A stretch of DNA of 64,000 nucleotides, from positions 23,607 through 87,606 of the forward strand of contig JASHOZ010000056.1 in NCBI GenBank assembly GCA_030038395.1. Direction: 5' to 3'. The notes under the pieces are model-generated. The model saw only the letters and a program-made list of their open reading frames with translations, did not search any database and had not been told where the DNA came from. How positions within the stretch are numbered: the stretch's first letter is position 1; each line of letters opens with the position of its first letter. Origin of the DNA: Nitrososphaerales archaeon (lineage in GTDB: Archaea; Thermoproteota; Nitrososphaeria; Nitrososphaerales; Gagatemarchaeaceae). Of the stretch, positions 62,815 to 64,000 are shown one piece after another. A program made the translations under genes and the position numbers.

Positions 62815-64000
62815 TTGTCTCAGGGGCAGCGCACGCTCGCCGCTATCATGTTTACAGACGTCGTCGGCTACACGGCTATGGCCCACGAGAACGAGTCAGC
62901 CGCCCTCGCCATCCTGGAGGACCACCGGAGGCTGATACGACCCTTGTTCGTGAGCCATGGGGGCCGCGAAATCAAGACCATAGGTGACGCGTTCCTCGTA
63001 AGGTTCGGGAGCGCCCTCGACGCGACGCTCTGCGCGGCCGCCGTCCAGAGCGCCATGAACGACAGGCGGCTGGCCACGGGTGACAAGCTGTCGATCAGGA
63101 TAGGCATCCATGTGGGGGATGTCATCGAGAGCCAGGGCGACGTCCTGGGCGACGCGGTCAACATCGCCTCGAGGATCGAGCCTCTCGCCGAGCCGGGGGG
63201 CGTCTGCGTGTCCGAGCAGGTCTACGACCAGGTGAAGAACAAGGTTCCCTACGCCATGGTCAAGCTCCCTCACAGGGAATTGAAGAACGTGAGCGAGGCG
63301 ATAGAAGTGTACAGGCTGGTCATGCCATGGGAGCAGGGAGAGAAGGCTCAGGAGGCAGAGAGATACCCTCCCAACAGGATAGCGATCCTCCCATTCGCCA
63401 GTTTCAGCTCAGACCCCGAGGACGCCTTCTTCGCCGACGGCGTGACCGACGAGATAATCTCGGCCGCGGCAGGGATAGGGGGGCTGAGCGTCATCTCGAG
63501 GACCTCTGTCATAGGGTACAAAGGGAGCACGAAGAAGGTCAAGGAGATAGGCAGGGAGCTCGAGGTGGGTTCCGTCCTCGAAGGGACCTTCAAGAAGGCC
63601 GGGAACAGGATACGTGTCACGACCCAACTCATCGACGTCGCGGACGACAGGCACGTCTGGGCGCAGAACTACGACAGGACGCTGGACGACGTCTTCGCGG
63701 TGCAGAGCGACGTCGCCAGGCAGGTCGCGGAGGCACTGAAGGTCAGGATCCTCTCGCCTGAGATGGCCCGGCTCAAGAGGAGGCCCACCGAGAGCTCAGC
63801 CGCGTACTCGCTCTACTTGAAAGGAAGGTTCCTGTGGAACAAGAGGGGGCTCGAGGACATCAGAGGGGCGCTGAACTACTTCGAGCAGGCGGCAGCCGAG
63901 GACCCGGCCTTCGCCCTTGGATACGCGGGCCAGGCGGACTGCTACATCCTGCTCCGAAACAACTTCAACATCGAAGAGAAGAAGAACCTCGAGCTTGCAA
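62815..64000 (+). CDS. class III adenylate/guanylate cyclase fused to TolB-N-like and TPR domains (paralogue 3, 3'-truncated by window end)
   Basis: Absent from the ORF track because no stop is reached. The TTG at 62815 gives MSQGQRTLAAIMFTDVVGYTAM..., followed by 'KTIGDAFLVRF', 'GDAVNIASRIE', 'IAILPFASFSSDPEDAFFADGVTDEII' and the start of the TPR region. Confidence 0.85.
   Translation, partial: MSQGQRTLAAIMFTDVVGYTAMAHENESAALAILEDHRRLIRPLFVSHGGREIKTIGDAFLVRFGSALDATLCAAAVQSAMNDRRLATGDKLSIRIGIHVGDVIESQGDVLGDAVNIASRIEPLAEPGGVCVSEQVYDQVKNKVPYAMVKLPHRELKNVSEAIEVYRLVMPWEQGEKAQEAERYPPNRIAILPFASFSSDPEDAFFADGVTDEIISAAAGIGGLSVISRTSVIGYKGSTKKVKEIGRELEVGSVLEGTFKKAGNRIRVTTQLIDVADDRHVWAQNYDRTLDDVFAVQSDVARQVAEALKVRILSPEMARLKRRPTESSAAYSLYLKGRFLWNKRGLEDIRGALNYFEQAAAEDPAFALGYAGQADCYILLRNNFNIEEKKNLELA

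Noticed and set aside
42346-64000. The cyclase genes as Pycsar/CBASS-type defence cyclases
   Set aside because: No adjacent cNMP-binding or effector gene. The fusion to TolB-like and TPR domains matches ordinary signal-transduction cyclases rather than minimal defence cyclases.
1-64000. CRISPR arrays, rRNA genes, transposases, integrases and long tandem repeats
   Set aside because: Looking through the intergenic gaps by eye, I saw no regularly spaced direct repeats, no rRNA-like conserved blocks and no DDE, tyrosine- or serine-recombinase motifs in any credible ORF. A computational repeat search was not possible.

Overview
High-GC archaeal chromosomal segment with about 75 densely packed features. 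Archaeal markers are TFB, aIF5A, a Nob1-type PIN/zinc-ribbon nuclease, TATA-like leaderless promoters and intron-containing tRNAs. Most of the window is housekeeping, redox/stress, transport and peptidase genes. These include HflX, ClC channel, PncB/PncA NAD salvage, PadR, peroxiredoxin, MoeB/ThiF-rhodanese, SDR, dienelactone hydrolase, FAD oxidoreductases, a DapA-like lyase, an MFS exporter, S9 and M3 peptidases, UDG, DinB, an HMG-CoA synthase and an ABC-2 exporter. I saw no rRNA, CRISPR array, integrase or transposase. The main observations are as follows. (1) All three tRNA or tRNA-like genes carry non-canonical insertions: Ala in the T-arm, His in the D-loop plus anticodon loop, and a 143-nt Ile-like gene with at least two insertions. 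(2) A lower-GC, translationally coupled MazG-like plus DUF2075/Schlafen-type nuclease-helicase cassette lies next to that tRNA-like gene and between two cyclase paralogues; this is my best candidate for an undescribed defence module. (3) Three diverged class III nucleotidyl cyclase-TolB-like-TPR paralogues are present. (4) pncB and pncA are in the same frame, separated only by TGA, with an out-of-frame ATG and a G5 run at the junction. (5) Further reading-frame breaks sit at G5/C5 homopolymers, which suggests assembly indels. (6) Four unannotated C(P)xCG zinc-ribbon mini-ORFs are present. (7) Two structured non-coding gaps are unexplained. (8) A VapBC module and a PadR gene each have palindromic operators over their start codons. 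Many long ORFs in the track are antisense or out-of-frame shadows caused by GC richness and were not called.
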